Source: Micavibrio sp.
Lineage (GTDB): Bacteria; Pseudomonadota; Alphaproteobacteria; UBA9219
Reading direction: 5' to 3'
DNA: 64,000 bases
Assembly (NCBI GenBank): GCA_020718105.1
Contig: DYDA01000008.1
Coordinates: 5,553-69,552 of the forward strand
Below the pieces are notes generated by a model. That model saw nothing but the letters and a program-made list of their open reading frames with translations. It was not told where the DNA came from and did not search any database. This document shows, piece after piece, positions 17,912 through 27,881 of the stretch. The stretch's first letter is position 1, and each line of letters starts with the position of its first letter. The position numbers were made by a program, and so were the translations under genes.

Positions 17912-19060
17912 ATGGAACAATGGATAGCGACAATTTCTAGCGCGGCGCACACGATCATTCCTTTTTTGATCGTTCTCAGCGTTGTCGTGTTCGTGCATGA
18001 GTTCGGCCACTTTTGGGTGGCGCGGCGGTGCGGCGTGAAGATTGAGGCTTTTTCGATTGGCTTTGGTCCCGAGATTTTTGGCTGGCATGACAAGCTGGGC
18101 ACGCGCTGGCGCGTCGCCTGCTTGCCGCTCGGCGGCTATGTCAAGATGTTCGGCGATGCCGATCCTTCCAGCTTTGGCCCCTCGGAAGAGGCGGCGCAGA
18201 TGTCAGAGGCGGATAAAAAGATCGCGTTTTTCTCGCAGCCTGTGCGTAAGCGCTTTGCCATTGTGGCGGCGGGACCGGCGTCGAATTATCTTTTTGCCGT
18301 GGTGGTTTTAGCGGGGTTGTTTTTGGTGAACGGTCAGCCCTATACCGCGACAACGGTGGCCAGCGTCGTTGAAGGCAGTGTGGCGGCCAAGGTCGGTCTT
18401 GCGCCTAACGATAAGGTTGTGTCGATCGATGACGTTGCGATGAATAGTTTTGAAGATATTCGCCGCACGGTTTCCCTAAACGCTGGAACAGCGATGCGCA
18501 TCGTTTTCGAGCGTGATGGCAAGACGATGGAGGTGAGCGCCACACCAGAGGTTCTGACCACAATTGATCGCTTGGGCATGGAGCATAAGCAAGGCCGCAT
18601 TGGTATTGTGTCAACGGAAAATGCTTTTCGCGAGTTGAGTCCTGTTGCTGCGATTCGGGAGTCGGTCGTTGAAATATGGAACATCACCGCCGGAACGCTT
18701 CAGGGCGTTGGGCAAATGATTATGGGTGTGCGGGGCGCTGAGGAGCTGGGAGGCCCCTTGCGCATTGCTGAAATGTCGGGAAAGGTCGCTCAAGACGGCG
18801 TTTTTGCGCTGTTTTGGTTTATCGTTGTGATTTCGGTTAATTTGGGGCTTATTAATCTTTTCCCGATCCCCTTGCTTGATGGGGGGCATCTGGTGTTCTA
18901 TGGTATCGAAGCGCTGAGGGGTCGTCCGCTTAGCGACCGAATCCAAGAGTACGCCTCACGCTTTGGCGCGGCTCTTGTTCTTAGCTTGATGCTTTTTGCG
19001 ACGTGGAATGATCTGGTTCATTTGCGCGTTGTGTCCTATCTTCGTGATTTGATTTCTTGA
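17912..19060 (+). CDS. rseP: RIP zinc metalloprotease (site-2 protease)
   Basis: HEFGHFWVARRCGV HExxH in the first TM, PDZ region, LDGGH motif in a C-terminal TM. Confidence 0.9.
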   Translation: MEQWIATISSAAHTIIPFLIVLSVVVFVHEFGHFWVARRCGVKIEAFSIGFGPEIFGWHDKLGTRWRVACLPLGGYVKMFGDADPSSFGPSEEAAQMSEADKKIAFFSQPVRKRFAIVAAGPASNYLFAVVVLAGLFLVNGQPYTATTVASVVEGSVAAKVGLAPNDKVVSIDDVAMNSFEDIRRTVSLNAGTAMRIVFERDGKTMEVSATPEVLTTIDRLGMEHKQGRIGIVSTENAFRELSPVAAIRESVVEIWNITAGTLQGVGQMIMGVRGAEELGGPLRIAEMSGKVAQDGVFALFWFIVVISVNLGLINLFPIPLLDGGHLVFYGIEALRGRPLSDRIQEYASRFGAALVLSLMLFATWNDLVHLRVVSYLRDLIS

Positions 19061-21421
19061 GTGGCCATGAAAAACAAACCTCGCCTTCTCAGCACAACGG
19101 TTCTTTCAACGCTTTCGGTTGTGGGGCTTCTCGCCTTTCAGGCTGGGGCGATGGCGCAAAGCATCGTCGCCGCGCCGCTTATGGCGGTGGAGCAGGTGAC
19201 CGAGGATATGTCTGCGCCCATCATCGGCCAAATCCGCATCGAAGGCGCTCAGCGCCTTGAAAAGGAAACGGTGCTGTCCTATCTGACGTTGGCCGCAGGC
19301 GACCGCGCTGATGAAGAAAAGATGGATGCTTCGCTAAAGGCTTTGTACGCTACGGGGCTTTTTGCCGATGTCACGTTGATGATGGAGGGCGATACACTGC
19401 TCCTTCGTCTTGTTGAAAATCCTATTGTGAATCGCATCTCGTTCGAAGGCAATGATGCGATTTCAAAAGATGATTTGGAAAAGGAAGTCCAGCTTCAGCC
19501 TCGTTTGGTTTATACCTTGCCCAAGGTGCAAAAGGATGTTGCGCGTTTGCTGGAGCTGTATCGTCGCTCTGGCCGCTTTGCTGCGACGGTTGATCCGAAA
19601 ATTGTTAAGCTGGATCAAAATCGCGTCGATGTGATTTTTGAAATTGCCGAAGGCAAGCACACAGGCGTGCGCCGCATTAAGTTTGTGGGCAACGATCATT
19701 ATGATGAAGGCGCTTTGCGCGGGATCGTCAACACGCAGGAAAGCGCTTGGTGGAAGTTCTTTTCCAGCTCTGATTTTTATGATCCCGATCGCACCAATTA
19801 TGATCGCGAGCTTTTGCGCCGCTTTTACTTAAATGAAGGGTATGTCGATTTCCGCGTCGTGTCGGCGGTGGCCGAGATGACACCCGACCGCGAGGACTTC
19901 TTTTTGACCTTTACGGTGGATGAAGGCCCTCGTTATAAGTTCGGCAAGATTACCATTGTCAGCGACATTAAGGGGCTGGACGGTGAGACGTTGCGCGAGC
20001 ATATGCTGACGAAAGAGGGCGATTGGTACAATGCCGATCTGGCGGAAAAGACCATTGCCAAATTGACGGCGGCGCTTGGCGACAAGCAATACGCCTTTAT
20101 CGATATCGCGCCAGAGCCGGATAAAAAAACGGAAGAGCGGATTGTCAACCTAACCTATCACATTAAACCCGGTGAGCGCGTTTACATTGGGCGCATCGAT
20201 GTTGAGGGCAACACGCGAACGCTGGATAAAGTTGTGCGCCGTGAAATGCAGGTAGCAGAAGGCGATCCGTTCAGCACATCGAAAATCAAGCGTTCAGAGC
20301 AGAAGATTAAGGATCTGGGATTCTTTGAAGAGGTTAAGGTTACGCCAACCGCAGGCGCTCAACCCGATCGCTCGGACATCAAGGTCGAGGTGAAGGAAAA
20401 GTCAACGGGCGAAATTTCGATGGGCGCGGGCTTTTCCTCCATCGATGGGCCTTTGGGCGATTTTAGTATTCGTGAGCGCAACTTCCTTGGCAAGGGGCAG
20501 GACGCTCGTTTGGGCGCGACTGTTTCAGGCGTTACCAAGCAGTTCGATTTCAGCTTTACAGAGCCTTACTTCCTTGATCGCGATTTGTCGGCAGGCATCG
20601 ATGTTTTCCATGTGCGCAGCGATGATCAGGAGCAAAGCGCGTACAATGAGGTCAACACGGGCTTTACCTTGCGTATGGGCTATCCGCTGTCTGAACAGCT
20701 GCGCCAAGTGCTCAGCTATACCTTGCGCAATGACACGATCAGCGATGTGTCATCAACGGCTTCTCGCTTTGTTCGCGATCAGGTCGGGGAGAGTTTGACA
20801 TCGATGGTCTCGCAAGAGCTGACCTATGACGTGCGCGATAGCAGGCTGTCGCCTACCGAAGGCTTTATGACCAAGTTGAAGACTGACTTGGCGGGCGCAG
20901 GCGGCGATAAACGCTATGTTCGCGCGCGCTTGACGGGCGTTCAGTATTATTCGCCGTTTGATCAAATTGTTTTTGGCGCAACGGCAGAGGTCGGCGTGAT
21001 CGAAGGCTTTAGTCAGGATGTTAGCATTAACGATCGCTTCTTCCTTGGTGGCGATACGCTTCGCGGCTTTGCTTATGCTGGTATAGGGCCTCGCGATCTT
21101 ACAAACGGCGCGGATGATGCGTTGGGAAGCAACAGCTTTGTTCGTGGATCGATAGAAATGACGTTCCCGACGTTTATGCCAGAGGATCTTGGATTTAAGG
21201 GACATTTGTTCGTGGACGGCGGCGTGCTGGGCAAGAATGATGAAGCGCCGCTTAGCACCGAATTGTTTATGTCGGATCAAACGGTGCGCGGCAGTGTCGG
21301 CATCGGCGTTTCATGGCAATCGCCCTTTGGCCTTGTGCGGCTTGACTATGCCGAACCTGTCTTAAAAGAGTCTTATGACAAGGTTGAGCATATCCACTTT
21401 AGTTTTGGCACGAGGTTCTGA
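19061..21421 (+). CDS. bamA: outer membrane protein assembly factor BamA
   Basis: 786 aa; signal peptide, POTRA repeats, C-terminal beta-barrel ending ...FSFGTRF. Confidence 0.9.
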   Translation: MAMKNKPRLLSTTVLSTLSVVGLLAFQAGAMAQSIVAAPLMAVEQVTEDMSAPIIGQIRIEGAQRLEKETVLSYLTLAAGDRADEEKMDASLKALYATGLFADVTLMMEGDTLLLRLVENPIVNRISFEGNDAISKDDLEKEVQLQPRLVYTLPKVQKDVARLLELYRRSGRFAATVDPKIVKLDQNRVDVIFEIAEGKHTGVRRIKFVGNDHYDEGALRGIVNTQESAWWKFFSSSDFYDPDRTNYDRELLRRFYLNEGYVDFRVVSAVAEMTPDREDFFLTFTVDEGPRYKFGKITIVSDIKGLDGETLREHMLTKEGDWYNADLAEKTIAKLTAALGDKQYAFIDIAPEPDKKTEERIVNLTYHIKPGERVYIGRIDVEGNTRTLDKVVRREMQVAEGDPFSTSKIKRSEQKIKDLGFFEEVKVTPTAGAQPDRSDIKVEVKEKSTGEISMGAGFSSIDGPLGDFSIRERNFLGKGQDARLGATVSGVTKQFDFSFTEPYFLDRDLSAGIDVFHVRSDDQEQSAYNEVNTGFTLRMGYPLSEQLRQVLSYTLRNDTISDVSSTASRFVRDQVGESLTSMVSQELTYDVRDSRLSPTEGFMTKLKTDLAGAGGDKRYVRARLTGVQYYSPFDQIVFGATAEVGVIEGFSQDVSINDRFFLGGDTLRGFAYAGIGPRDLTNGADDALGSNSFVRGSIEMTFPTFMPEDLGFKGHLFVDGGVLGKNDEAPLSTELFMSDQTVRGSVGIGVSWQSPFGLVRLDYAEPVLKESYDKVEHIHFSFGTRF

Positions 21422-22038
21422 TGAACCTGTGGCGTCTTTTTCTGTTGGCCTTTCTGCTGATGGTTTTGCCCGTGGGGACGTGCTTGGCGGCTCCTGTGGG
21501 GGGCGGGATAGCGATTGTTGATGTGCAGCGGTTGCTGCAAGCCGCCAGCTCTGCCAAAAGCGTGCAGCAACAATTAGAGTCCCAGCGCTCTAAGTTTCAG
21601 ACGGAGATTGCGGCGGAAGAGGCGGACTTGCGCGAATCTGAACAAAAACTGGCCAAGATGGGCGAGGCGGGCAAAACCGAGGCCTATAGCGAGCAAGAGC
21701 AAAAGTTGCAGCAGCGCTTTTTGGCCGTTGAGCGTCATGTGCAGGCACGGCGCAAGGCTTTGGATCAGGCGATGACGGACTCGATGAACGTGGTGCGGAA
21801 AAACCTTGTCGATATTGTCTCACAAGTGTCCAAGGAAAAGGGCATCACGCTGGCTCTTGTTAAGCAGCAAGTCATTTGGAATGATGCAGCGAGCGATATC
21901 ACGGATGAGGTGTTGGCGCGGTTGGATAAGGCTTTGCCTCATGTGGCTGTCACCATCGCGCCGGACGAGGCGGAAGGGAACGCGAATCCTGTGGCTGCCA
22001 AGCGTTCGCCTGCGTCCAAGGCAACAAAGAAGAAGTAG
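21421..22038 (+). CDS. skp: periplasmic chaperone Skp/OmpH
   Basis: 205 aa; signal peptide then Gln/Glu/Lys-rich coiled-coil, immediately after bamA. Confidence 0.75.
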   Translation: MNLWRLFLLAFLLMVLPVGTCLAAPVGGGIAIVDVQRLLQAASSAKSVQQQLESQRSKFQTEIAAEEADLRESEQKLAKMGEAGKTEAYSEQEQKLQQRFLAVERHVQARRKALDQAMTDSMNVVRKNLVDIVSQVSKEKGITLALVKQQVIWNDAASDITDEVLARLDKALPHVAVTIAPDEAEGNANPVAAKRSPASKATKKK

Positions 22039-22236
22039 GGAGAAAAAGGTTCCGTCACTCCTGTGCCCTCGTCCCGCCGCCTTTGTGGCGGGCGAAATAA
22101 GCAAAGCGGGAGTCCCGTTTCCTTTTTAAAACAAACTGGATCCCCGCTTTCGCGGGGATGACGGAAAAAACAACAAAACCCCTCCTTCCTAAGGGGGAGG
22201 TCAAGAAAGCAAAAAGTTATCAGTTAGAGGAAAGAG

Positions 22237-22737
22237 GTGGAAATGACGGGAGATAAAACAGCAGCAACAAACCCGACGTCAATCGATGTGAACGGCATTA
22301 TGAAAAGGATTCCTCATCGGTATCCCTTTTTGATGATCGAAAAGGTCATTGATATCGTGCATGGCGAAAGCTGCACAGGGATTAAAAACGTCTCGGTGAA
22401 TGAGCCGTTTTTTCAGGGGCATTTTCCCGGCCATCCTATTATGCCCGGTGTGCTGATCATTGAGGCGATGGCTCAGACGGCCGCGACGTTGGTTGTGGAT
22501 TCGATGGAGGGCGTGGATGCCGGAACGCATGTCGTTTATTTTATGAGCGTTGAGGCCGCCCGCTTCCGCAAGCCTGTTTTGCCCGGTGATCAATTGCATA
22601 TTAAGGTGAAAAAGGAACGCAACCGAGGCACGGTGTGGAAATTCCGTGGCGAGGCGTTTGTGGATGGTGGCCTTGTGGCCGAGGCTATGTTTACCGCGAT
22701 GCTCGTCCCCGACGAAGGCAGGACGGCGGCAGTATGA
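22237..22737 (+). CDS. fabZ: 3-hydroxyacyl-ACP dehydratase
   Basis: PHRYPFLMIEKV...GHFPGHPIMPGVLIIEAMAQ hot-dog fold motifs. Confidence 0.9.
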   Translation: MEMTGDKTAATNPTSIDVNGIMKRIPHRYPFLMIEKVIDIVHGESCTGIKNVSVNEPFFQGHFPGHPIMPGVLIIEAMAQTAATLVVDSMEGVDAGTHVVYFMSVEAARFRKPVLPGDQLHIKVKKERNRGTVWKFRGEAFVDGGLVAEAMFTAMLVPDEGRTAAV

Positions 22738-23531
22738 CCCAAAGCATTCATCCTACGGCGCTGATCGATCCTAAAGCTCAACTGGGCGAAGGCGTGGCTA
22801 TTGGCCCCTATTGCGTTGTCGGACCGGACGTGCGGCTTGGTGATGGCGTGCGGCTTATCGCGCATGTCGTTGTGGATGGGCGCACAACCATCGGGGCGGG
22901 GACGGTTATTTATCCGTTCGCGTCTATCGGGCAGCGTCCACAGGATTTGAAATATCATGGCGAACCTTCGACGCTAGAGATTGGTGCAAACAATCAGATC
23001 CGCGAATATGTGACGATGAATCCCGGAACCGAGGGCGGCGGCATGCTCACGAAGGTGGGCGACAATGGTCTTTTTATGGTGGGCGTTCATGTCGCTCACG
23101 ATTGCAATGTGGGCAACAATGTTGTGATGGCCAACAACGCGACGCTGGCGGGGCATGTGCATGTCGGTGATTTTGCCGTGATTGGCGGCCTTTCTGCCGT
23201 GCATCAATTTGTGCGGATCGGCTCTCATGCCATGATCGGCGGCATGTCGGGCGTGGAAAGCGATGTTATTCCTTATGGCATGGTGAAGGGCGACCGCGCT
23301 TATCTGGCTGGCTTGAATATCGTGGGGCTGGAGCGTCGCGGCTTCTCGCGTGAGGATATTCATGCGCTGCGCAGTGCGTATCGCATGCTCTTTTCCAAGG
23401 AAGGCACGATGGCTGAAAGGCTTGAGGATGTGGCCGAGCATTACGGCAGTCGCTCACTTGTGGATGGCATGGTTGATTTTATCCGCTCACGCACCTCGCG
23501 GGCACTCTGCCAGCCTGAACATGAGGAATAG
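22734..23531 (+). CDS. lpxA: UDP-N-acetylglucosamine acyltransferase
   Basis: Internal Met (MTQSIHPTALIDPKAQLGEGVAIGPYCVVG) chosen; hexapeptide repeats; ATGA overlap with the fabZ stop. Confidence 0.9.
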   Translation: MTQSIHPTALIDPKAQLGEGVAIGPYCVVGPDVRLGDGVRLIAHVVVDGRTTIGAGTVIYPFASIGQRPQDLKYHGEPSTLEIGANNQIREYVTMNPGTEGGGMLTKVGDNGLFMVGVHVAHDCNVGNNVVMANNATLAGHVHVGDFAVIGGLSAVHQFVRIGSHAMIGGMSGVESDVIPYGMVKGDRAYLAGLNIVGLERRGFSREDIHALRSAYRMLFSKEGTMAERLEDVAEHYGSRSLVDGMVDFIRSRTSRALCQPEHEE

Positions 23532-23539
23532 GCAAGGTC

Positions 23540-24385
23540 ATGACCAGCGCCCCAAAACTTGGGATTCTAGCGGGAGGCGGAACGGCGCCGCGCCAGCTTA
23601 TTGCCGCGTGTCAGGCGTTGGATCGGTCGTTCTTCGTCGTGTGCCTTGAAGGCCATGCCGAACCTGATTTAGCGGGCGATGGCGTGCCCCATGAGGCTCT
23701 GCCCTTGGGCGCGTTTGCGCGGCTGAAAGAGCTGTGCGAGAGAGAGAAGATTGAGGACATCATCATGCTGGGGCGTGTGCGCCGCCCCTCAATGTCTGAG
23801 TTAAAGCCCGATTGGCTGACGCTGAAAATCCTGACCAAAATCGGCATGAACGCTTTGGGCGATGATGGACTTTTGCGCGGTGTGGGCAAGGCTCTTGAAG
23901 AAGAATGCGGCGTTCGCCTTGTCGGTGTGGCGGATGTGTTTGCCGATTTGCTCGCGCCTGAAGGAACTCTGACCAAGGCCGCGCCGGATGAATTGGCGCA
24001 AGAGGACATTCGCCGCGCGGTGGCGATTGCCAGCACGCTAGGCCGCCTTGACGTGGGGCAGGCCGTGATCGTGCAGCAAGGCATTGTTTTGGGTGTTGAG
24101 GCGGTTGAGGGAACCGATGCGTTGATTGAGCGCTCATGCGGCGTTCGGCGCGAAGGCGGCGGCGGCGTTCTGGTCAAGATGGCCAAGCCGCAGCAGGACA
24201 ATCGCTTTGATCTGCCCACCATCGGGATTGATACTGTGCATCATGTTCACGCAGCGGGGCTTTCCGGCATCGTGGTAGAGGCGGGTCGCAGTTTGATTCT
24301 TGATCGTGAGAAAACCATTGAGGCCGCCGACATGTTGGGTGTGTTTATCGTGGGGCTGCCGTCACGCGGTGTGGAGAATGGTTGA
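23540..24385 (+). CDS. lpxI: UDP-2,3-diacylglucosamine pyrophosphatase LpxI (DUF1009)
   Basis: 281 aa between lpxA and lpxB, the position occupied by LpxI in alphaproteobacteria; LGILAGGGTAPRQL N-terminus. Confidence 0.7.
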   Translation: MTSAPKLGILAGGGTAPRQLIAACQALDRSFFVVCLEGHAEPDLAGDGVPHEALPLGAFARLKELCEREKIEDIIMLGRVRRPSMSELKPDWLTLKILTKIGMNALGDDGLLRGVGKALEEECGVRLVGVADVFADLLAPEGTLTKAAPDELAQEDIRRAVAIASTLGRLDVGQAVIVQQGIVLGVEAVEGTDALIERSCGVRREGGGGVLVKMAKPQQDNRFDLPTIGIDTVHHVHAAGLSGIVVEAGRSLILDREKTIEAADMLGVFIVGLPSRGVENG

Positions 24386-25568
24386 GCCCGAAAAAAATAA
24401 GAGCCCGCTGTTCTTCCTTGTTGCGGGGGAAGCGTCGGGCGATTATCTGGGCGCGGATTTGATGCGCGGGCTTAAAAAGAAAACAAGTGGGCGCGTGCGC
24501 TTTGCAGGCGTTGGCGGGCCGCGCATGGAGGCCGAGGGGATCGAGCTGTTGTTTCCTCAAGCCGATTTGGCGCATATGGGCTTGTTTGAGTTGATCCGTC
24601 ATTTGCCGTTGCTTGTGCGCCGTTTACGGGAAACGAAAGAAGCCGTGAAGGTGGCGCATCCCGCCGCGTTGATCACCATCGACTCGCCCGATTTTTCTTT
24701 TCGCGTCGCCAGGGCGCTGAAGAGGCAGGGCATCCCGCTGATCCATTATGTCGCGCCGACGGTGTGGGCATGGCGGGCAGGACGAGCGAGAAAAATCGCG
24801 CAATTTTTGGATCATCTGCTCGCGCTGTTGCCATTCGAGCCACCCTATTTCACGCGCGAGGGGTTGCCTTGCACGTTTGTCGGCCATCCGCTGATTGAAA
24901 GCAACGCGGGGCGCGGCGACGGGGCGCGGTTTCGCAGGGCGTTTGACGTTGCGGAAGAGGCGACGTTTTTATGCGTGCTGCCCGGAAGCCGCATGGGTGA
25001 GGTTAGCCGCCTGCTGCCTGTCTTTCGTGAGACGATCCTTTTGCTGCGTGAGCGTTTTCCAAAATTGGAAATTGCTGTGCCTGTGGTGGAGACTGTCGCG
25101 TCCATGATTGAAAAAGAAACAGCGGCATGGCCTGTGCCTGTTCACTTGGTGCGCGGCGATGAAGCGAAATACGATGCCTATGCCGCGTGTCGCGCTGCGT
25201 TGGCGTGTTCTGGCACGGTATCGATTGAGCTGGCCTTAGCGGCCTTGCCAACCGTGATCGCGTATAAGATGGGGCGCCTGACTGTGGCGCTGTACCGTCC
25301 TTTTATCAAGGCGCGATTTGCCACGCTTGTGAACATTATGCAAGATCGTGCCGTGATGCCGGAGTTCTTGCAGGAAAACTGCACACCTGAAAAACTAGCC
25401 TTTGCCGTAGGGACGTTGATGGAGGATGAGACATCTCGCGCTGTGATGAAAAAGGATTTGGCTGGCATTGCCTCATGGCTGGGGCGTGGGGCGTTCACGC
25501 CATCCGATAAAGCGGCCGAGACGGTCTGGCGCGTCGCCTTTCCGGAAAAGGAGCCATCATGCCCCTAA
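24378..25568 (+). CDS. lpxB: lipid-A-disaccharide synthase
   Basis: Internal Met chosen (MVEPEKNKSPLFFLVAGEASGDYLGADLM is the LpxB N-terminus); 397 aa. Confidence 0.85.
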   Translation: MVEPEKNKSPLFFLVAGEASGDYLGADLMRGLKKKTSGRVRFAGVGGPRMEAEGIELLFPQADLAHMGLFELIRHLPLLVRRLRETKEAVKVAHPAALITIDSPDFSFRVARALKRQGIPLIHYVAPTVWAWRAGRARKIAQFLDHLLALLPFEPPYFTREGLPCTFVGHPLIESNAGRGDGARFRRAFDVAEEATFLCVLPGSRMGEVSRLLPVFRETILLLRERFPKLEIAVPVVETVASMIEKETAAWPVPVHLVRGDEAKYDAYAACRAALACSGTVSIELALAALPTVIAYKMGRLTVALYRPFIKARFATLVNIMQDRAVMPEFLQENCTPEKLAFAVGTLMEDETSRAVMKKDLAGIASWLGRGAFTPSDKAAETVWRVAFPEKEPSCP

Positions 25569-26725
25569 CCGTCTTGCAAATTATTCCCGCGCTGGGATCG
25601 GGGGGGGCAGAGCAGGCCTGCGTCGATATCGCGGCGGCGCTGGTCAAACGTGGGGATCGCGCCATTATCGTATCCACGGGCGGTTGGCGCGAGAAGACGG
25701 TGGAGGAGGCTGGCGCGGTTTTTATCAAGCGCGACGTGGCGACGAAGAATCCGGTTCGGATTGTTCGTAATGCTTATTGGCTGGCCTCGTTGATCAGGCA
25801 CGAAAATGTGGGGATTGTTCATGCGCGATCCCGCGCCCCTGCGTGGAGCGCCAAGATCGCTTGCCGCCTGACGGGGTGTCCTTTTGTAACGACGTTTCAT
25901 GCGGCGTATAAGTTCTCTAGCGTCGTCAAACGTGCCTATAACAGCGTGATGGCGGCGGCGGATCGCGTGATTGCGATTTCGCCCTTTATCGCGGCGCATG
26001 TGCGAAAGCATTACGGCGTGGGGGAGGATCGCCTGCGCGTTGTTGATCGCGGCGTGGATGTGAAGGCGCTTGATCCTTTGGGCGTGGAGGAAAGCCGCGT
26101 TGAGTCCTTGCGGATGGCATGGAGGCTGAAGGCGGATGAAAATGTTATCCTCCTTCCTGCGCGGCTATCGTCCATCAAAGGGCATGAGACGGTGATACGC
26201 GCTGTCGCTCTTTTGCGGCGGCAGGGACAGGCTTTGCCGCCGGTTTTATTCGTGGGTGACGATCAGGGGCGGCAGGGCTACACGCAACGGCTCTGCGCGT
26301 TGATCCAAGAGGAAGAGTTGGACGATATCGTGCGTCTTGTCGGCGCGTGCCGCGATATGGCGGCAGCCTATGCCCTTGCGCGGCTGGTTCTTCAGCCGTC
26401 CAAGGTTCCCGAAGGCTTTGGCCGTGTGCCGGTGGAGGCGATGGCCGCTGGCGTGCCTGTTATCGTCAGTGATCTTGGCGGGATGAAGGACACGATTGTA
26501 GAAGGGAAGACAGGCTGGCTGGTCGCGCCGAATGATGTTGATGCGTGGGCAAGCGCGATGGCGAAGGCGTTGGCGATGGGGCAGGAAGAGGTAGCCGCGA
26601 TGGGAAAGGCTGGTCGCGCCCATGTCGCCGCGCACTTTACGGATGCGATGATGATCACCAAAACGCTGGCGGTGTATGATGAGGTGATACAAAAGAAAAA
26701 GACTGTCATTGCGAGGAGGCCATAA
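25559..26725 (+). CDS. glycosyltransferase family 4 (LPS core)
   Basis: EGFGRVPVEAMAAGVPVIVSDLGG is the GT4 EX7E-region motif. Confidence 0.75.
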   Translation: MPLTVLQIIPALGSGGAEQACVDIAAALVKRGDRAIIVSTGGWREKTVEEAGAVFIKRDVATKNPVRIVRNAYWLASLIRHENVGIVHARSRAPAWSAKIACRLTGCPFVTTFHAAYKFSSVVKRAYNSVMAAADRVIAISPFIAAHVRKHYGVGEDRLRVVDRGVDVKALDPLGVEESRVESLRMAWRLKADENVILLPARLSSIKGHETVIRAVALLRRQGQALPPVLFVGDDQGRQGYTQRLCALIQEEELDDIVRLVGACRDMAAAYALARLVLQPSKVPEGFGRVPVEAMAAGVPVIVSDLGGMKDTIVEGKTGWLVAPNDVDAWASAMAKALAMGQEEVAAMGKAGRAHVAAHFTDAMMITKTLAVYDEVIQKKKTVIARRP

Positions 26726-26885
26726 GGCCGACGTGGCAATCCAGCGGCGCTGCGTCTGCAGCGCATATGACTCACACGCCTCGCAGACGCTCGGTAGACT
26801 GGATCGCCACGGCGCTCTGCGCCTCGCGATGACGAAGTTGTTTGTGTGGCTGAACTGTGAACAAGTATTGAAGGTTGACTTTATT

Positions 26886-27881
26886 ATGAAAGAACGAATC
26901 CTTGTCATCAAGCTTGGGGCGCTGGGCGATTTGGTGTTGTGTGCGGGCGCGTTTGCAGCCATTCGCGCCGCGCATCCTGAAGCTGAGATCGCGCTGCTCA
27001 CCGCGCCACCTTTTGCTGCGCTGGGGCTATCGATGCCGTGGTTTGACTATGTGTTGTTGGATCCAAGACCTAAGGCTTGGCAACCGCTGAAATGGATTAA
27101 ATTGTTGCGGCAGGTTCGCGCCTTTGCGCCAACGCGCGTTTATGATTTTCAAGGTAAGCTTCGGCAATCCATTTTATTTCATGCTTTGGGAAAGCCGGAA
27201 TGGTCGGGCGCGGCTAAGGGTTGCCGTTTTCCTCGCCCGTGGCCTCCTGCGCCCAAGACTCATTATGCAGATTTTTTGGCCGCGCAATTGGATGCGGCGG
27301 GTGTTGCGACAAAGGATTTTTTTGAGGCAAGAAACAAATCGGATTCCGCATCTTCGCGACGCATAAACGTCGCTTCGTGCGGAATGACGGAGGGACTTGA
27401 TTTGTCATGGCTGGCTGCGCCGATGAAGGACGCTGTGCTTCCCGAAAAATATGCGCTGTTGATTGCGGGGTGTGCCCCTGATCGTTTGTATAAACGCTGG
27501 CCGCCGGAATCGTTCGCTGCGTTGGCCAAGAATCTGGCTGAAAAAGGGATTGCGCCCGTTGCCGTGGGGACAAAGGCGGATGCGGATAGCATCGCCGCCA
27601 TTCGTGCCCTTGCGCCGGAGGTGATCGATTTAAGCGGTCAGACGACGCTGGCGCAGCTGGCGACGCTCGTGCGGGGCGCTGCCGTTGTGGTGGGCAACGA
27701 CACGGGGCCAACGCATCTGGCTGCCGCCGTGGGGGCGCGGACGGTGGCGTTGATGTCGGATCGCGTTGACCCTTATTGGTCAGCGCCACGGGGCGCTCAC
27801 ACAATATGGCTGCAAGGCAAACCGCTAACAGCCTTGAGCGTTGAGGCGGTGATGGAAAGCCTATCCTTGACGCGATGTTAA
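26886..27881 (+). CDS. ADP-heptose:LPS heptosyltransferase (GT9)
   Basis: Internal Met chosen: MKERILVIKLGALGDLVLCAGAFAAIRAAHPEAEIALLT is the GT9 heptosyltransferase N-terminus. The upstream in-frame extension crosses repeat DNA. Confidence 0.75.
   Translation: MKERILVIKLGALGDLVLCAGAFAAIRAAHPEAEIALLTAPPFAALGLSMPWFDYVLLDPRPKAWQPLKWIKLLRQVRAFAPTRVYDFQGKLRQSILFHALGKPEWSGAAKGCRFPRPWPPAPKTHYADFLAAQLDAAGVATKDFFEARNKSDSASSRRINVASCGMTEGLDLSWLAAPMKDAVLPEKYALLIAGCAPDRLYKRWPPESFAALAKNLAEKGIAPVAVGTKADADSIAAIRALAPEVIDLSGQTTLAQLATLVRGAAVVVGNDTGPTHLAAAVGARTVALMSDRVDPYWSAPRGAHTIWLQGKPLTALSVEAVMESLSLTRC

Noticed and set aside
16955-18088. 377-aa minus-strand ORF (and similar long antisense ORFs at 11641-12483, 23611-24222, 35116-35793, 37432-38094, 45984-46721, 61242-61841)
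   Set aside because: Each lies antisense to a confidently identified conserved gene (dxr/rseP, uppS, lpxI, cheA, cheB/R, rplJ/L, rpoD). Their products are Arg/Pro/His-rich low-complexity translations typical of shadow frames in GC-rich DNA.
22635-22733. N-terminal extensions of lpxA (22635), lpxB (24300), the heptosyltransferase (26709), frr (10851), cdsA (15833) and rplJ (45720) as given by the ORF track
   Set aside because: The conserved protein N-termini and RBS positions or 4-nt gene overlaps support internal starts. The extensions are Arg/Trp/Cys-rich or cross repeat elements.
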